From the NCBI GenBank assembly GCA_950097015.1, contig CATNEN010000001.1:24180001-24244000 (forward strand): a stretch of DNA of 64,000 nt, written 5' to 3'. The notes under the pieces are model-generated. The model searched no databases. It was not told the DNA's origin and saw only the letters and a list, made by a program, of their open reading frames with translations. A program made the translations under genes and the position numbers. The DNA comes from Macrostomum hystrix (Eukaryota; Animalia; Platyhelminthes). Position 1 is the stretch's first letter. Every line of letters starts with the position of its first letter. This document shows, piece after piece, positions 12,701 through 26,559 of the stretch.

Positions 12701-14313
12701 GATGAAGGGAGAGACAGTGAGAGAGATGATGGGAGAGACAGTGAGAGAGATGATGGGAGAGACAGTGAGAGAGATGATGGGAGAGACAAGTGAGAGAGAT
12801 GATGGGAGAGACAGTGAGAGAGACAGACAGTGAGAGAGACAGTGAGAGAGATGATGGGAGAGACAGTGAGAGAGACAGTGGGAGAGACAGTGAGAGAGAT
12901 GATAGGAGAGACAGTGAGAGAGATGATGGGAGAGACAGTGAGAGAGATGATGGGAGAGACAGTGAGAGAGATGATGGGAGAGACAGTGAGAGAGATGATG
13001 GGAGAGACAAGTGAGAGAGATGATGGGAGAGACAGTGAGAGAGACAGACAGTGAGAGAGACAGTGAGAGAGATGATGGGAGAGACAGTGAGAGAGACAGT
13101 GAGAGAGATGATGGGAGAGAAAGTGAGAGAGATGAAGGCAGAGACAGTGAGAGAGATGAAGGGAGAGACAGTGAGAGAGATGATGGGAGAGACAGTGAGA
13201 GAGACAGACAGTGAGAGAGACAGTGAGAGAGATGATGGGAGAGACAGTGAGAGAGACAGTGAGAGAGATGATGGGAGAGACAGTGAGAGAGATGATGGGA
13301 GAGACAGTGAGAGAGATGATGGGAGAGACAAGTGAGAGAGATGATGGGAGAGACAGTGAGAGAGATGATGGGAGAGACAAGTGAGAGAGATGATGGGAGA
13401 GACAGTGAGAGAGACAGACAGTGAGAGAGACAGTGAGAGAGATGATGGGAGAGACAGTGAGAGAGACAGTGAGAGAGATGATGGGAGAGAAAGTGAGAGA
13501 GATGAAGGCAGAGACAGTGAGAGAGATGAAGGGAGAGACAGTGAGATGAAGGGAGAGACAGTGAGAGAGATGAAGGGAGAGACAGTGAGAGAGATGAAGG
13601 GAGAGACAGTGAGATGAAGGGAGAGACAGTGAGAGAGATGAAGGCAGAGACAGTGAGAGAGATGGAGGGAGAGACAGTGAGATGAAGGGAGAGACAGTGA
13701 GAGAGATGAAGGCAGAGACAGTGAGAGAGATGAAGGGAGAGACAGTGAGATGAAGGGAGAGACAGTGAGAGAGATGAAGGCAGAGACAGTGAGAGAGACA
13801 GTGAGAGAGATGAAGGGAGAGACAGTGAGATGAAGGGAGAGACAGTGAGAGAGATGAAGGCAGAGACAGTGAGAGAGATGAAGGGAGAGACAGTGAGATG
13901 AAGGGAGAGACAGTGAGAGAGATGAAGGGAGAGACAGTGAGATGAAGGGAGAGACAGTGAGAGAGATGAAGGGAGAGACAGTGAGATGAAGGGAGAGACA
14001 GTGAGAGAGATGAAGGCAGAGACAGTGAGAGAGACAGTGAGAGAGATGAAGGGAGAGACAGTGAGATGAAGGGAGAGACAGTGAGAGAGATGAAGGCAGA
14101 GACAGTGAGAGAGATGAAGGGAGAGACAGTGAGATGAAGGGAGAGACAGTGAGAGAGATGAAGGGAGAGACAGTGAGATGAAGGGAGAGACAGTGAGAGA
14201 GATGAAGGGAGAGACAGTGAGATGAAGGGAGAGACAGTGAGAGAGATGAAGGGAGAGACAGTGAGATGAAGGGAGAGACAGTGAGAGAGATGAAGGGAGA
14301 GACAGTGAGAGAG
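9734..14313 (+). repeat. Purine-rich minisatellite (duplicate of 2388-6943)
   Basis: Same unit and same variant order as copy 1. Confidence 0.97.
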
Positions 14314-14878
14314 AAAGGAGAGGAAGTAATAGGATTGAAGAGTCTGTGGATCACTGCGGTATAATTTCAGTGTCTCATACACAGTGGGTGGGGAATTTCT
14401 GAGTCGGAAAAGGAAAAGGAGACTGAGAGCGAGAATAAATCCCAGATCCCTAATCCCCAGCCCTGTAACAAAACGTTAGCGGCTTATCTGTGCGAGATGA
14501 GAATTTATTTTAAAACTTTTCAGCCGACATTCCCGCAAAGCCGTGACGCCCGGGCATGAAAGTTTGTTACATCATTTTCAGACCGAACTCGGGGGGGCAT
14601 CGAATGACGCGCCTGTTGCTCCTCTTTTCCAGAGTCTAGAATCCCGCTCATCACCAACCGATAAGGCCGCCCGCCGCTACATCCCCAGGGGATCGGATTC
14701 CTCACCCAGCTAAACAGAAACTGGGGCATGGGACTGAGAAGCTACACGGAGATTTGCTGAGTACAAAGGCGTGTCTAACCGCCGCCCACTCGCTCGCGTA
14801 CTTTCTTGCGCTTCTCTCGTGTCTTCTGCTAATTTTTCTGTCACTTTCCCGCGCCTTCGGATACTCGCCGTTTTACTC

Positions 14879-15520
14879 TAGCCTAGTGGTTAGAGCGTCG
14901 GACTCACGACTCGAGGGTCGGGGGTTCGATTACCAACTCGAGGGACGTGGGTTCGATTCCCAACTCCAGGGACGGGGGTTCGATTCCTAACTCGAGGGAC
15001 GGGGGTTCGATTCCCAACTCCAGGGACGGGGGTTCGACTCCTAACTCGAGGGTTTTTTAACTCGAGGGGCAGGGGTTCGATTCCTAACTTCGAGGGACGG
15101 GGGTTCGAATCACGACTCGAGGGACAGGGTTCGATTCCCACCTCGAGGGACGGGGGTTCGATTCCCGACTCCAGGGACGGGGGTTCGATTCCTAACTCGA
15201 GGGACGGGGGTTCGATTCCCAACTCCAGGGACGGGGGTTCGACTCCTAACTCGAGGGACGGGGGTTCGATTCCCAACTCCAGGGACGGGGGTTCGACTCC
15301 TAACTCGAGGGATGGGGGTTCGATTCCTAACTCGAGGGACGGGGGTTCGATTCCCAACTCCAGGGACGGGGGTTCGATTCCCAACTCCAGGGACGGGGGT
15401 TCGATTCCTAACTCGAGGGACGGGGGTTCGATTCCCGACTCAAAGGTTTTTTAACTCGAGGGACTGGGATTCGATTTTCACACTGGGGAGTGTGGTATCA
15501 CCTCTGTGCATTGTATTAGG
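14879..15520 (+). mobile_element. tRNA-derived SINE head with B-box array (duplicate)
   Basis: Matches 7509-8150 at offset 7370. Confidence 0.8.
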
Positions 15521-15996
15521 GCAGATATAATCACTAGTTTTTACCTTAATTTAAGAATCTAAATTCGTTCGTATCGACTATAAAAATTCAGATCCTTCTG
15601 CTAATTTTAAGGCACCGCTGAAAATTCTGCCAATATTGGCCCTCTCATTTTCTTCCCCACATTCTCACTTGCCAATTTGCCTGTATGGAATCAGAGGCAA
15701 GTGAGAAGGCTGGGTAGACAGCAAATCAATCATTTGCTGAGAGAGGGTAGAGAAACAGAGCCAGAGATTGGCTATCATTATTGATGGCTTTTGCCCAACC
15801 CTGGCTCATAATTTTTATGTCGGAAATAGCATTGCTACCATATGCGGATTTTCAGCCCTCTTTCATATCGCTCAGCTTGTCTAACCTTTGTTTACATTTG
15901 CGTTGCGATTGATCTGCCTGATGGTTTGCACTTTTAACGACTGGCTATATAGCTGACCAATTTGTACAAGAGGTGTTAACAACTGTCCACTCCACT

Positions 15997-17912
15997 TATC
16001 TCTCCCGTATCTCATCTCTCCCGTATCTCATCTATCCCGTGTCTCATCTCTCCCCTGTCTCATCTCTCCCGTATCTCATCTCTCCCGTGTCTCATCTCTC
16101 CCCTGTCTCATCTCTCCCCTGTCTCATCTCTCCCCTGTCTCATCTCTCCCCTGTCTCATCTCTCCCCTGTCTCATCTCTCCCCTGTCTCATCTCTCCCCT
16201 GTCTCATCTCTACCCTGTCTCATCACTCAACTGACTCATCTCTCCCGTATCTCATCTCTCCCGTATCTCATCTCTCCCGTGTCTCATCTCTCCCCTGTCT
16301 CATCTCTCCCCTGTCTCATCTCTCCCCTGTCTCATCTCTCCCCTGTCTCATCTCTCCCCTGTCTCATCTCTCCCCTGTCTCATCTCTCCCCTGTCTCATC
16401 TCTCAACTGACTCATCTCTCCCGTATCTCATATCTCCCGTGTCTCATCTCTCCCCTGTCTCATCTCTCCTCTGTCTCATCTCTCCTATGTCTCATCTCTC
16501 CCCTGTCTCATCTCACCCCTGTCTCATCTCACCCCTGTCTCATCTCACCCCTGTCTCATCTCTCCCCTGTCTCATCTCTCCCCTGTCTCATCTCTCCCCT
16601 GTCTCATCTCTACCCTGTCTCATCTCTACCCTGTCTCATCACTCAACTGACTCATCTCTCCCGTATCTCATCTCTCCCGTATCTCATCTATCCCGTGTCT
16701 CATCTCTCCTCTGTCTCATCTCTCCTATGTCTCATCTCTCCCCTGTCTCATCTCACCCCTGTCTCATCTCACCCCTGTCTCATCTCACCCCTGTCTCATC
16801 TCTCCCCTGTCTCATCTCTCCCCTGTCTCATCTCTCCCCTGTCTCATCTCTACCCTGTCTCATCTCTACCCTGTCTCATCACTCAACTGACTCATCTCTC
16901 CCGTATCTCATCTCTCCCGTATCTCATCTATCCCGTGTCTCATCTCTCCCCTGTCTCATCTCTCCCGTATCTCATCTCTCCCGTGTCTCATCTCTCCCCT
17001 GTCTCATCTCTCCCCTGTCTCATCTCTCCCCTGTCTCATCTCTCCCCTGTCTCATCTCTCCCCTGTCTCATCTCTCCCCTGTCTCATCTCTCCCCTGTCT
17101 CATCTCTACCCTGTCTCATCACTCAACTGACTCATCTCTCCCGTATCTCATCTCTCCCGTATCTCATCTCTCCCGTGTCTCATCTCTCCCCTGTCTCATC
17201 TCTCCCCTGTCTCATCTCTCCCCTGTCTCATCTCTCCCCTGTCTCATCTCTCCCCTGTCTCATCTCTCCCCTGTCTCATCTCTCCCCTGTCTCATCTCTC
17301 CCCTGTCTCATCTCTCAACTGACTCATCTCTCCCGTATCTCATATCTCCCGTGTCTCATCTCTCCCCTGTCTCATCTCTCCTCTGTCTCATCTCTCCTAT
17401 GTCTCATCTCTCCCCTGTCTCATCTCACCCCTGTCTCATCTCACCCCTGTCTCATCTCACCCCTGTCTCATCTCTCCCCTGTCTCATCTCTCCCCTGTCT
17501 CATCTCTCCCCTGTCTCATCTCTACCCTGTCTCATCTCTACCCTGTCTCATCACTCAACTGACTCATCTCTCCCGTATCTCATCTCTCCCGTGTCTCATC
17601 TCTCCCGTGTCTCATCTCTCCCCTGTCTCATCTCTCCCCTGTCTCATCTCTCCCCTGTCTCATCTCTCCCCTGTCTCATCTCTCCCCTGTCTCATCTCTC
17701 CCCTGTCTCATCTCTCCCCTGTCTCATCTCTCAACTGACTCATCTCTCCCGTATCTCATATCTCCCGTGTCTCATCTCTCCCCTGTCTCATCTCTCCTCT
17801 GTCTCATCTCTCCTATGTCTCATCTCTCCCCTGTCTCATCTCACCCCTGTCTTGTCTCTCACCTGTCTCATCTCTCCCCTGTCTCATCTCACCCCTGTCT
17901 CATCTCTCCCCT
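15997..17912 (+). repeat. 16-bp pyrimidine-rich minisatellite (CTCATCTCTCCCCTGT)
   Basis: Tandem 16-mer with a recurring variant marker (CTCAACTGA) giving ~180-240-bp higher-order units. A truncated start is also present at 8627-8719. Confidence 0.97.
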
Positions 17913-18624
17913 GAACCGAAAGTCGCACTCCGAAAATGCTACAAGGCGCGTACTCAAAACAGTTAATGCACTTCTAATTAGCGCAGCCAACCCGATGCAA
18001 ATTATAAAGCAAACATTGTAGCCCAGACATGACTAATGGGTAAAAACTGTAGTACATTGTACCACTAGAAAGTGGCAGTCATTGCGGCAATGTAGCGAAA
18101 CCCAAACAGGCAGTGAACGCGACCTCAGCTAGCTAATTCCGGTATAAGTGCAAACTGACTTAGCCGAGATGTCAGCTCAGCATTGGGATTGGATTTGGGA
18201 GCTCATTATCCTCAGGGAGAAATTTTCCAACTGGGACAACTCGCGACTAGGCGCTAATTTCATGGGACTCAAACTAAGCGGGTACTGCCTAATTAGCATG
18301 TGAGTTGTTATAGGGAAATGGCATTCCTAACTATATTAGTAATACTCGTAATAATAATAGTAATATAATTATTGACACCCAGTCAGCTGTCCCTGATATT
18401 ATGAACTAAAAATTCGGGATATATAGTCACTAACATTCTCCTACGTCATTTCGCCCTGCACCCCATTCGCTTCTCAAGTTCACACTCAGCGAATTTTTTT
18501 AGAAAAGTTTTTTTCGCATATTATTATCTTTTTTTAGCACTGCTTATATCACCCTCTCCTGCCTTCAGTCCAAAATAGCCCCAATTGTCAGAATCCCTGG
18601 ATATACTCCTGGAATTGTCTGTCC

Positions 18625-19483
18625 CTGGATTTCTCCCATTCGTTCAATTCTCCCAACGCCGTCTTCTCCCATTCCTTAATTACCCCACTTCCTAATTCTC
18701 CCATTCCCTAATTCTGCCATTCCCTAATTCTCCCATTCCCTAATTCTCTCATTCCCTAATTCTGCCATTCCCTAATTCTGCCATTCCCTAATTCTCCCAT
18801 ACTCTAATGCCCCGATTCTCTAATTCTCCCATTTTCCAATTCTCCATTCCCCAATTCACCAATTTCCTAATTCTCCCATTTCTCAGTTCTCAAATTCCTC
18901 ATTATCCCATTCCCCAATTCTCCCATCTCCTAATTCTCCCAGTTCTCAGTTCTCACATTCCTTAACTACCCCACTCCCTAATTCTCCCATTCCCTAATTC
19001 TCTCATTCCCTGATTCTCTCATTCCCTAATTCTCCCATTCCCTAATTCTGCCATTCCCTAATTCTGCCATTCCCTAATTCTCCCATTCCCTAATTCTCCC
19101 ATTCCCTAATTCTCCCATTCCCTAATTCTCCCATTCCCTAATTCTCCCATACCCTAAGTCCCGATTCTCCAATTCTCCCATTTTCCAATTCTCCATTCCC
19201 CAATTCACCAATTTCCTAATTCTCAAATTTCTAAATTCTCACATTCCCGAATTCTCCCATTTCCTAAATCTCCCATTTCTCAGTTCTCAAATTCCTCAAT
19301 TTTCCTACTTCCTAATTCTCCCATTCCCCAATTCTACCATTTCTCAATTCTCCCATTCCCCAATTCTTCCATTTCCCAATTCTCCCATTTCCTAATTCTC
19401 CCAGTTCTCAGTTCTCACATTCCCTAATTCTCTCATTTCCTAATTATCCCATTTCTCAATTCTCCCAATTTTCCAATTCTCCA
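18625..19483 (+). repeat. Degenerate 16-bp minisatellite (ATTCTCCCATTCCCTA)
   Basis: Tandem repetition with a homogeneous core at ~19020-19150. Confidence 0.92.
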
Positions 19484-20214
19484 ATAGCTTGAATATCCCA
19501 TGCATAAAATTCATATTTTGCTAGCAATTTTGCATCTATTCTTTGAGAGCCAATTGGAGCAGGTTTTTAAGAAAATATTCCGAAGCCGTGTTTGCCAAAC
19601 GGTGAAATTATCGGCTCAGTCAAACAAAAGAGCCAGTCTTCTCAAACAGCACAATGTCAAGCTGCACATGTGGAGACTACATGAACGGAAGAAAAACTAG
19701 TTCAAGCTGTTTATTTCCCTGCTCAAAGTCGTCCTCGGGTTGAGCACAGCTGGCCTCAAAACATCCGTCTCCCAGCCCTCCCTGCCTCAGCTACTCTAAA
19801 TCCAAAAATGATATTTTCAAGACTGTCTGCAGAGGCACTGGTTACAAGCGATGGGGGGCTGTCTAGATTTCTTTCAAAGAAGAAGTCAGTGCTCAATCTA
19901 TGCTCAGACTAGACTCCACCCAGCTCAGTGGCCTGGTTGCCACCCCAAAAGCCTTGGAGGTTTGATTTGTACTTTTAGCTTCGCCCAACTGCCAAAGCGG
20001 CTACTGTATCATTTCTCTGCATGATATAAAGCCTAGCCCAAGTATTTATTGCCTACTCATTGTTCTCACACTTTGGCTACCGACAGTGCTACTTCAATTT
20101 CATAGTTTAAAAAAAAACATGTGAAGCACTTTTTATCCAATTTAGACCGGAAAATGCATTTCAATGTACTTTTCGTGTGCTCCTTCATTCATTCAGAAGT
20201 TACAGAATTTTTAT

Positions 20215-20900
20215 TGGGAAATTTGAGGAATGGGAGTGTGGGAAATGGAGAATCGAGTGATGGGGATGTGGGAAATGGGAGAATCGAGTGATGGGAGTGT
20301 GGGAAATGGGAGAATCGAGGGATGGGAGTGTGGGAAATGGGAGAATCGAGGGATGGGGGTGTGGGAAATAGGAGAATCGAGGGATGGGGGTGTGGGAAAT
20401 AGGAGATTCGAGGGACGGGAGTGTGGGAAATGGGAGAATTGAGGGATGGGGGTGTGGGAAATGGGAGAATCGAGTGCCGGGAGTGTGGGAAATGGGAGAA
20501 TCGAGTGATGGGAGTGTTGGAAATGGGAGAATCGAGTGATGGGGGTGTGGGAAATGGGAGAATCGAGTGATGGGAGTGTGGGAAATGGGAGAATCGAGGG
20601 ATGGGGGTGTGGGAAATGGGAGAATCGAGTGATGGGGGTGTGGGAAATGGGAGAATCGAGGGATGGGAGTGTGGGAAATGGGAGAATCGAGGGATGGGGG
20701 TGTGGGAAATAGGAGATTCGAGGGACGGGAGTGTGGGAAATGGGAGAATTGAGGGATGGGGGTGTGGGAAATGGGAGAATCGAGTGCTGGGAGTGTGGGA
20801 AATGGGAGAATCGAGTGATGGGAGTGTTGGAAATGGGAGAATCGAGTGATGGGAGTGTGGGAAATGGGAGAATCGAGCGATGGGAGTGCCGGAAATGCGA
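20215..20900 (+). repeat. 31-bp G-rich minisatellite (GGGAAATGGGAGAATCGAGTGATGGGAGTGT)
   Basis: About 21 tandem units. Confidence 0.95.
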
Positions 20901-21459
20901 GACAAATTGGAGACTCTCGTGGAATAGGAATGAGTGGAGAAAAGAGTGAAGACGGAAATGAGAATTGGTGTGGACGGAGGAACAATGAAAGCAGTACCCA
21001 AAGTACAGCAGAGATGCAGCATGACCGCATCCGTTTTAGTACCCGCTGTTGTCTCTGGTCCATTGTTCATTGATTTCTCACGGCATTCTATTCTTCTGTC
21101 CTGACTAAAAGTGAACTCACTTTTAGTGTCTGTAACAAAAAATGTATTTTTTACTCATTTGTCGTTTCATATCCGGTTTGTGTGCTTTGCCTCACGCATG
21201 CCTATCTGCACTCTGTTTCTGCTTTAAATCCTAGCTAGAAATTATTCATATTTTAATTATTTTGAAGCAGAAAGAGTGGGTCTTTTGAATATCTATAAAC
21301 GGTGCTTGGCTGCACTGATGATCTTTGACCAAAGCTCTATCAAAACATCTGAAAGAATAGAATCTGAGAAATATGGGATTGAGTCGTATAATGGAGCTGG
21401 TTGCATCTGAAATGAGAGATGAAAGACTGGGGCTCGACTGAGACAGCGGAAGAGAAAAG

Positions 21460-21952
21460 TAGAGGAGAGGAGAGGAGAGGAGACGAGATGAGAGGAGAGA
21501 AGAGGAGAGGAGAGGAGAAGAGAGGAGAGGAGAGGAGAGAAGAGGAGAGGAGAGGAGACGAGAGGAGAGGAGAGAAGAGGAGAGGAGAGAAGAGGAGAGG
21601 AGAGGAGACGAGACGAGAGGAGAGGAGAGAAGAGGAGACGAGACGAGATGAGAGGAGAGGAGAGGAGAGGAGAAGAGAGGAGATGAGAGGAGAGGAGAGG
21701 AGAGAATAGAAGAGGAGAGGGGAGAGGAGAGGAGAGGAGAGGAGAGGAGAGGAGAGGAGAGGAGAGGAGAGGAGACGAGAGGAGAGGAGAGAAGAGGAGA
21801 GGAGACGAGACGAGATGAGAGGAGAGGAGAGGAGAGGAGAAGAGAGGAGATGAGAGGAGAGGAGAGGAGAGAATAGAAGAGGAGAGGGGAGAGGAGAGGA
21901 GAGGAGAGGAGAGGAGAGGAGAGGAGAGGAGAGGAGAGGAGAGGAGAGGAGA
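21460..21952 (+). repeat. (GAGGA)n pentanucleotide microsatellite
   Basis: Almost pure polypurine tract. Confidence 0.97.
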
Positions 21953-22374
21953 GCGTCCTTCACCTCTGTTATTTCCGGTACCCCTCCCTGATTATTATCA
22001 ATCTCAATTTATTCCAAGCCTTATTTCCAATAGCGAATTTGAATTTCGCTGATCAATTTCGCATCTGGACTCGAACGGTCTCCCGCGACAAGCCGAGCGG
22101 CAAACAACATTGGATCCTGTGTCAACTAATCCCGCGAGGATTAATTTATCAAAGGTGTGCTCAGCCTCCTTGTTTCCCCCCTGAAGCTGCGTTGGACCAG
22201 GGATGAAAATATTTCTTTGCTCGTGAGACGCTCAGCGAATGCTCGCCTCTGATTTTCAGTTTGTTCTCAAATTTCTTCACAAAGCTGGCCTTCACAAAGT
22301 CCCGCCTACCGAAACTTTCAAGCCGGACCTGTAATGAAATTCTTAACCATTTAGAATTCACTTGCCTTACATCC

Positions 22375-23520
22375 ACGCTTCCACTTTTCCAATCCATCCC
22401 TTCTATTTTTCCATCCACCCTACCACTTTTCCAACTATCCTTCCACTTTTCCAATCCATTCCTTCTACTTTTCCATCCACCCATCCACTTTTCTATCTAT
22501 CCTTCCACTTTTCCAATCCATTCCTTCTACTTTTCCATCCACCCATCCACTTTTCTATCTATCCTTCCACTTTTCTATCTATCCTTCCCCTTTTCTATCT
22601 ATCCTTCCACTTTTCTATCTATCCTTCCCCTTTTCTATCTATCCTTCCCCTTTTCTATCTATCCTTCCCCTTTTCTATCTATCCTTCCACTTTTCTATCT
22701 ATCCTTCCCCTTTTCTATCTATCCTTCCACTTTTCTATCTATCCTTCCACTTTTCTATATATCCTTCCACTTTTCTATCTATCCTTCCCCTTTTCTATCT
22801 ATCCTTCCCCTTTTCTATCTATCCTTCCACTTTTCTATCTATCCTTCCACTTTTCTATCTATCCTTCCACTTTTCTATCTATCCTTCCACTTTTCTATAT
22901 ATCCTTCCACTTTTCTATCTATCCTTCCCCTTTTCTATCTATCCTTCCCCTTTTCTATCTATCCTTCCACTTTTCTATCTATCCTTCCCCTTTTCTATCT
23001 ATCCTTCCCCTTTTCTATCTATCCTTCCACTTTTCTATCTATCCTTCCACTTTTCTATCTATCCTTCCCCTTTTCTATCTATCCTTCCACTTTTCTATCT
23101 ATCCTTCCACTTTTCTATCTATCCTTCCACTTTTCTATCTATCCTTCCACTTTTCTATCTATCCTTCCACTTTTCTATCTATCCTTCCACTTTTCTATCT
23201 ATCCTTCCCCTTTTCTATCTATCCTTCCACTTTTCTATCTATCCTTCCACTTTTCTATCTATCCTTCCACTTTTCTATCTATCTTTCCACTTTTCTATCT
23301 ATCCTTCCACTTTTCTATCTATCCTTCCCCTTTTCTATCTATCCTTCCACTTTTCTATCTATCCTTCCACTTTTCTATCTATCTTTCCACTTTTCTATCT
23401 ATCCTTCCACTTTTCTATCTATCCTTCCCCTTTTCTATCTATCCTTCCACTTTTCTATCTATCCTTCCCCTTTTCTATCTATCCTTCCCCTTTTCTATCT
23501 ATCCTTCCTTCCTTCCACCC
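22375..23520 (+). repeat. 20-bp minisatellite (CTATCTATCCTTCC(A/C)CTTTT)
   Basis: About 50 near-identical units; line-to-line periodicity is visible. Confidence 0.97.
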
Positions 23521-23853
23521 TTCCAGTCCATCAATTTTTATGGGGATTTCTTCCTTCCATGCTATTTTAAATCCTATAAATTGCGTACTTCACAATATAT
23601 TTTCATGAAGTGAAATGATTTTTAATAAATTCGATTTCAATATGAAAAATATAAACAGCAGTTTAGCAGTTGTCTATTTTAAAACAAAAATTATTTAAAT
23701 TTCTAAGTGATTGACTTCTGAGTTTTCTAAGTTCCTAATCTTTAAACTGTGACAATATACGAGCTATAAAACAGAATTAATTTAGCATTGATTGTAAATG
23801 ATCAACCATTTGATCTCGCAACACCGCAGTAACTCCTGAGTATACTTGCGGAC

Positions 23854-24762
23854 TCATTCATACACAAACTTGAGCCCGACTGGGTCAAACTTGTCAGCAA
23901 TCAGGCGGTCCATCAGCTCATTGTCAGCCACAGTGAAGTGGTTCTTCCAGTCGCCAACCTGACCTTTGCGAATGAAGTTGAAGCCGTTCATGAGGTTGGG
24001 CTGCATTCCGCCCTGAAGGCTCGGGTTCGCTTTGGAGTTGCCTCGCATGGCATCAAAGCTGGTGTGCTCAACAATGGCCTGCACCTGGTCCTCCGTGACC
24101 TCCACTCCGAGGAACTCGGCGATGCTCTTCACAACCTCGGCCTTCTTCGTCACCAGGTCCTCGAAGAAGTACACGCGAACTCTCGGATGGTCCCGCATGG
24201 CCCACCAGCTCAGCGTGGAGTCGAAGTAGTTGAAGAAGCTGCTGTCCTTCGTGTTGCACTCCAGCGCCAGTTTTTTCCACATGTCGGAGAAGTTCTTGGG
24301 CAGCTCATTGGCGACCAGCCTGCTGTTGGTGAAGTGGTGGAAGGCGGATGCCATGGTGTCCTTCGGGTTGCGCATCAGTATGATCACACGAGGTGCGCCA
24401 GGCGATGCACTTTTGTTCTGCTCACGGTTGAGGTGGCGCAGGTGGAACGCGACTGGTAGGTGAGTCTTGACCACCCGGGGCCGAGGCAGCGATGGCGCCC
24501 AGTCCATTGGGATCTGGCCGCTCTGCGGGTCGGGTCTTGCCCACTCCAGGTGCGGTGAGCGGTGCCACAGGTTAATCTCCTTGGCAGCCTGAACACCGTG
24601 CAGCAGGCAGTACACAATCTCCTGGGTGAGGGTTGTTCCCGACTTTGCGTAAGTGTTGATCAGCACATCGTCGTCAAAGAATTCGAAATTCTCTACAAGT
24701 CGCTGCACCACTTCGGGCGTGGAATACCTGGGCACCAGCCAGGCTTTCCAGTCGAGCGACAT
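23854..24762 (-). CDS. Cytosolic (SULT1-like) sulfotransferase, intronless, 302 aa
   Basis: 5'-PSB loop TYAKSGTT, catalytic VKTHLP, 3'-PB RNPKD..AS, RKGQVGDWKNHFT and dimerisation motif KNHFTVADNE. Confidence 0.95.
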   Translation of the reverse strand: MSLDWKAWLVPRYSTPEVVQRLVENFEFFDDDVLINTYAKSGTTLTQEIVYCLLHGVQAAKEINLWHRSPHLEWARPDPQSGQIPMDWAPSLPRPRVVKTHLPVAFHLRHLNREQNKSASPGAPRVIILMRNPKDTMASAFHHFTNSRLVANELPKNFSDMWKKLALECNTKDSSFFNYFDSTLSWWAMRDHPRVRVYFFEDLVTKKAEVVKSIAEFLGVEVTEDQVQAIVEHTSFDAMRGNSKANPSLQGGMQPNLMNGFNFIRKGQVGDWKNHFTVADNELMDRLIADKFDPVGLKFVYE

Positions 24763-25099
24763 TTTTGGAAATTTTTTGTTTGGCTGTCAAATTTTAGACG
24801 GTTCTTTGAGCGGTAGTTTTTGAGCGGTAAATATTCAACCAGCAATGATCTTAAATGTAACGGGTTGAGCTTTGTTAACACTTTACCTATTTTTGAAGCT
24901 CTTATCTCTGCCCTTTGCACAGTACTATTTACCGTTCAATTTTGCTTTAAAACCCGGTAAACAGATTTAGTGCTTGCATAACAGCGATAACAGAATTGCA
25001 GAGGTTCAAGCTAGTGAACATGAATTCTGCGGTAAAATCTGCCTCAGTCAATACACAAAACACACCAGAACACAGGACATTCATATACACAACTATGAT

Positions 25100-26233
25100 A
25101 GCAGCTAGAATCGCAGCTAGATCTGTAGCTAGAATCGCAGCTAGATCTGTGGCTAGAATCGCAGCTAGATCTGTAGCTAGAATCGCAGCTAGATCTGCAG
25201 CTAGAATCGCAGCTAGATCTGTAGCTAGAATCACAGCTAGATCTGAGGCTAGAATCGCAGCTAGATCTGTAGCTAGAATCGCAGCTAGATCTGCGGCTAG
25301 AATCGCAGCTAGATCTGCAGCTAGAATCGCAGCTAGATATGTAGCTAGAATCGCAGCTAGATCTGTGGCTAGAATCGCAGCTAGATCTGTAGCCAGAATC
25401 GCAGCTAGATCTGTAGCTAGAATCGCAGCTAGATATGTAGCTAGAATCGCAGCTAGATCTGTAGCTAGAATCGCAGCTAGATCTGCAGCTAGAATCGCAG
25501 CTAGATCTGTAGCTAGAATCGCAGCTAGATCTGTAGCTAGAATCGCAGCTAGATCTGCAGCTAGAATCGCAGCTAGATATGTAGCTAGAATCGCAGCTAG
25601 ATCTGCAGCTAGAATCGCAGCTAAATCTGTAGCTAGAATCGCAGCTAGATCTGTAGCTAGAATCGCAGCTAGATCTGCAGCTAGAATCGCAGCTAGATCT
25701 GTAGCTAGAATCGCAGCTAGATCTGTAGCTAGAATCGCAGCTAGATCTGTGACTGGAATCGCAGCTAGATCTGTGACTAGAATCGCAGCTATATCTGTGG
25801 CTAGAATCGCAGCTAGATCTGCAGCTAGAATCGCAGCTAGATCTGTAGCTAGAATCACAGCTAGATCTGAGGCTAGAATCGCAGCTAGATCTGCAGCTAG
25901 AATCGCAGCTAGATATGTAGCTAGAATCGCAGCTAGATCTGTAGCTAGAATCGCAGCTAGACCTGCAGCTAGAATCGCAGCTAGATCTGTAGCTAGAATC
26001 GCAGCTAGACCTGCAGCTAGAATCGCAGCTAGATCTGCAGCTAGAATCGCAGCTAGATCTGTGACTAGAATCGCAGCTAGATCTGTGTCTAGAATCGCAG
26101 CTAGATCTGTAGCTAGAATCGCAGCTAGACCTGCAGCTAGAATCGCAGCTAGATCTGCAGCTAGAATCGCAGCTAGATCTGTGACTAGAATCGCAGCTAG
26201 ATCTGTGTCTAGAATCGCAGCTAGATCTGTGAC
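25100..26233 (+). repeat. 24-bp minisatellite (GCTAGAATCGCAGCTAGATCTGTA)
   Basis: About 47 units built from two related 12-mers. Confidence 0.97.
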
Positions 26234-26559
26234 TCTTAGAATTCTTATTGCTTACTACCCAAAGTAGGTATGCGAGTTCATTGTTATTGTTTGCAGTGGC
26301 AATACTCGTATCTGCTTTTATAACATTAAAGTTCATTTCTGAATCAAGCAAAAGGCAGATAAAAGTTTTTTTTGCAAACACTTCAACAAACATTTTTGCA
26401 CTAGCAATTTCTTTGTTTTAGTTCGCGTGGTTTTAATTAGAATAAGCAAAAGTAAAAGAGCATAATTTTGTTTTGAGCATAAGATTCTCTTATTCAATAA
26501 TCGATTCTGTTAACAATAAACACTCGAAATCATTTCATTGATAATTTGGGGGAGGGGTT

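Larger units (their letters stand above)
8727..16089. repeat. 7.35-kb tandem segmental duplication, copy 2
   Basis: Near-identical to copy 1. Differences seen: one extra 24-bp minisatellite unit (~13290) and an A>G at 13665. Confidence 0.95.

Noticed and set aside
2161-14382. Giant ORFs (up to 1615 aa; SLSLP, ERDSERDDGR, METVRE repeats)
   Set aside because: Translations of a stop-poor minisatellite, open in several frames on both strands with frame-switching indels.
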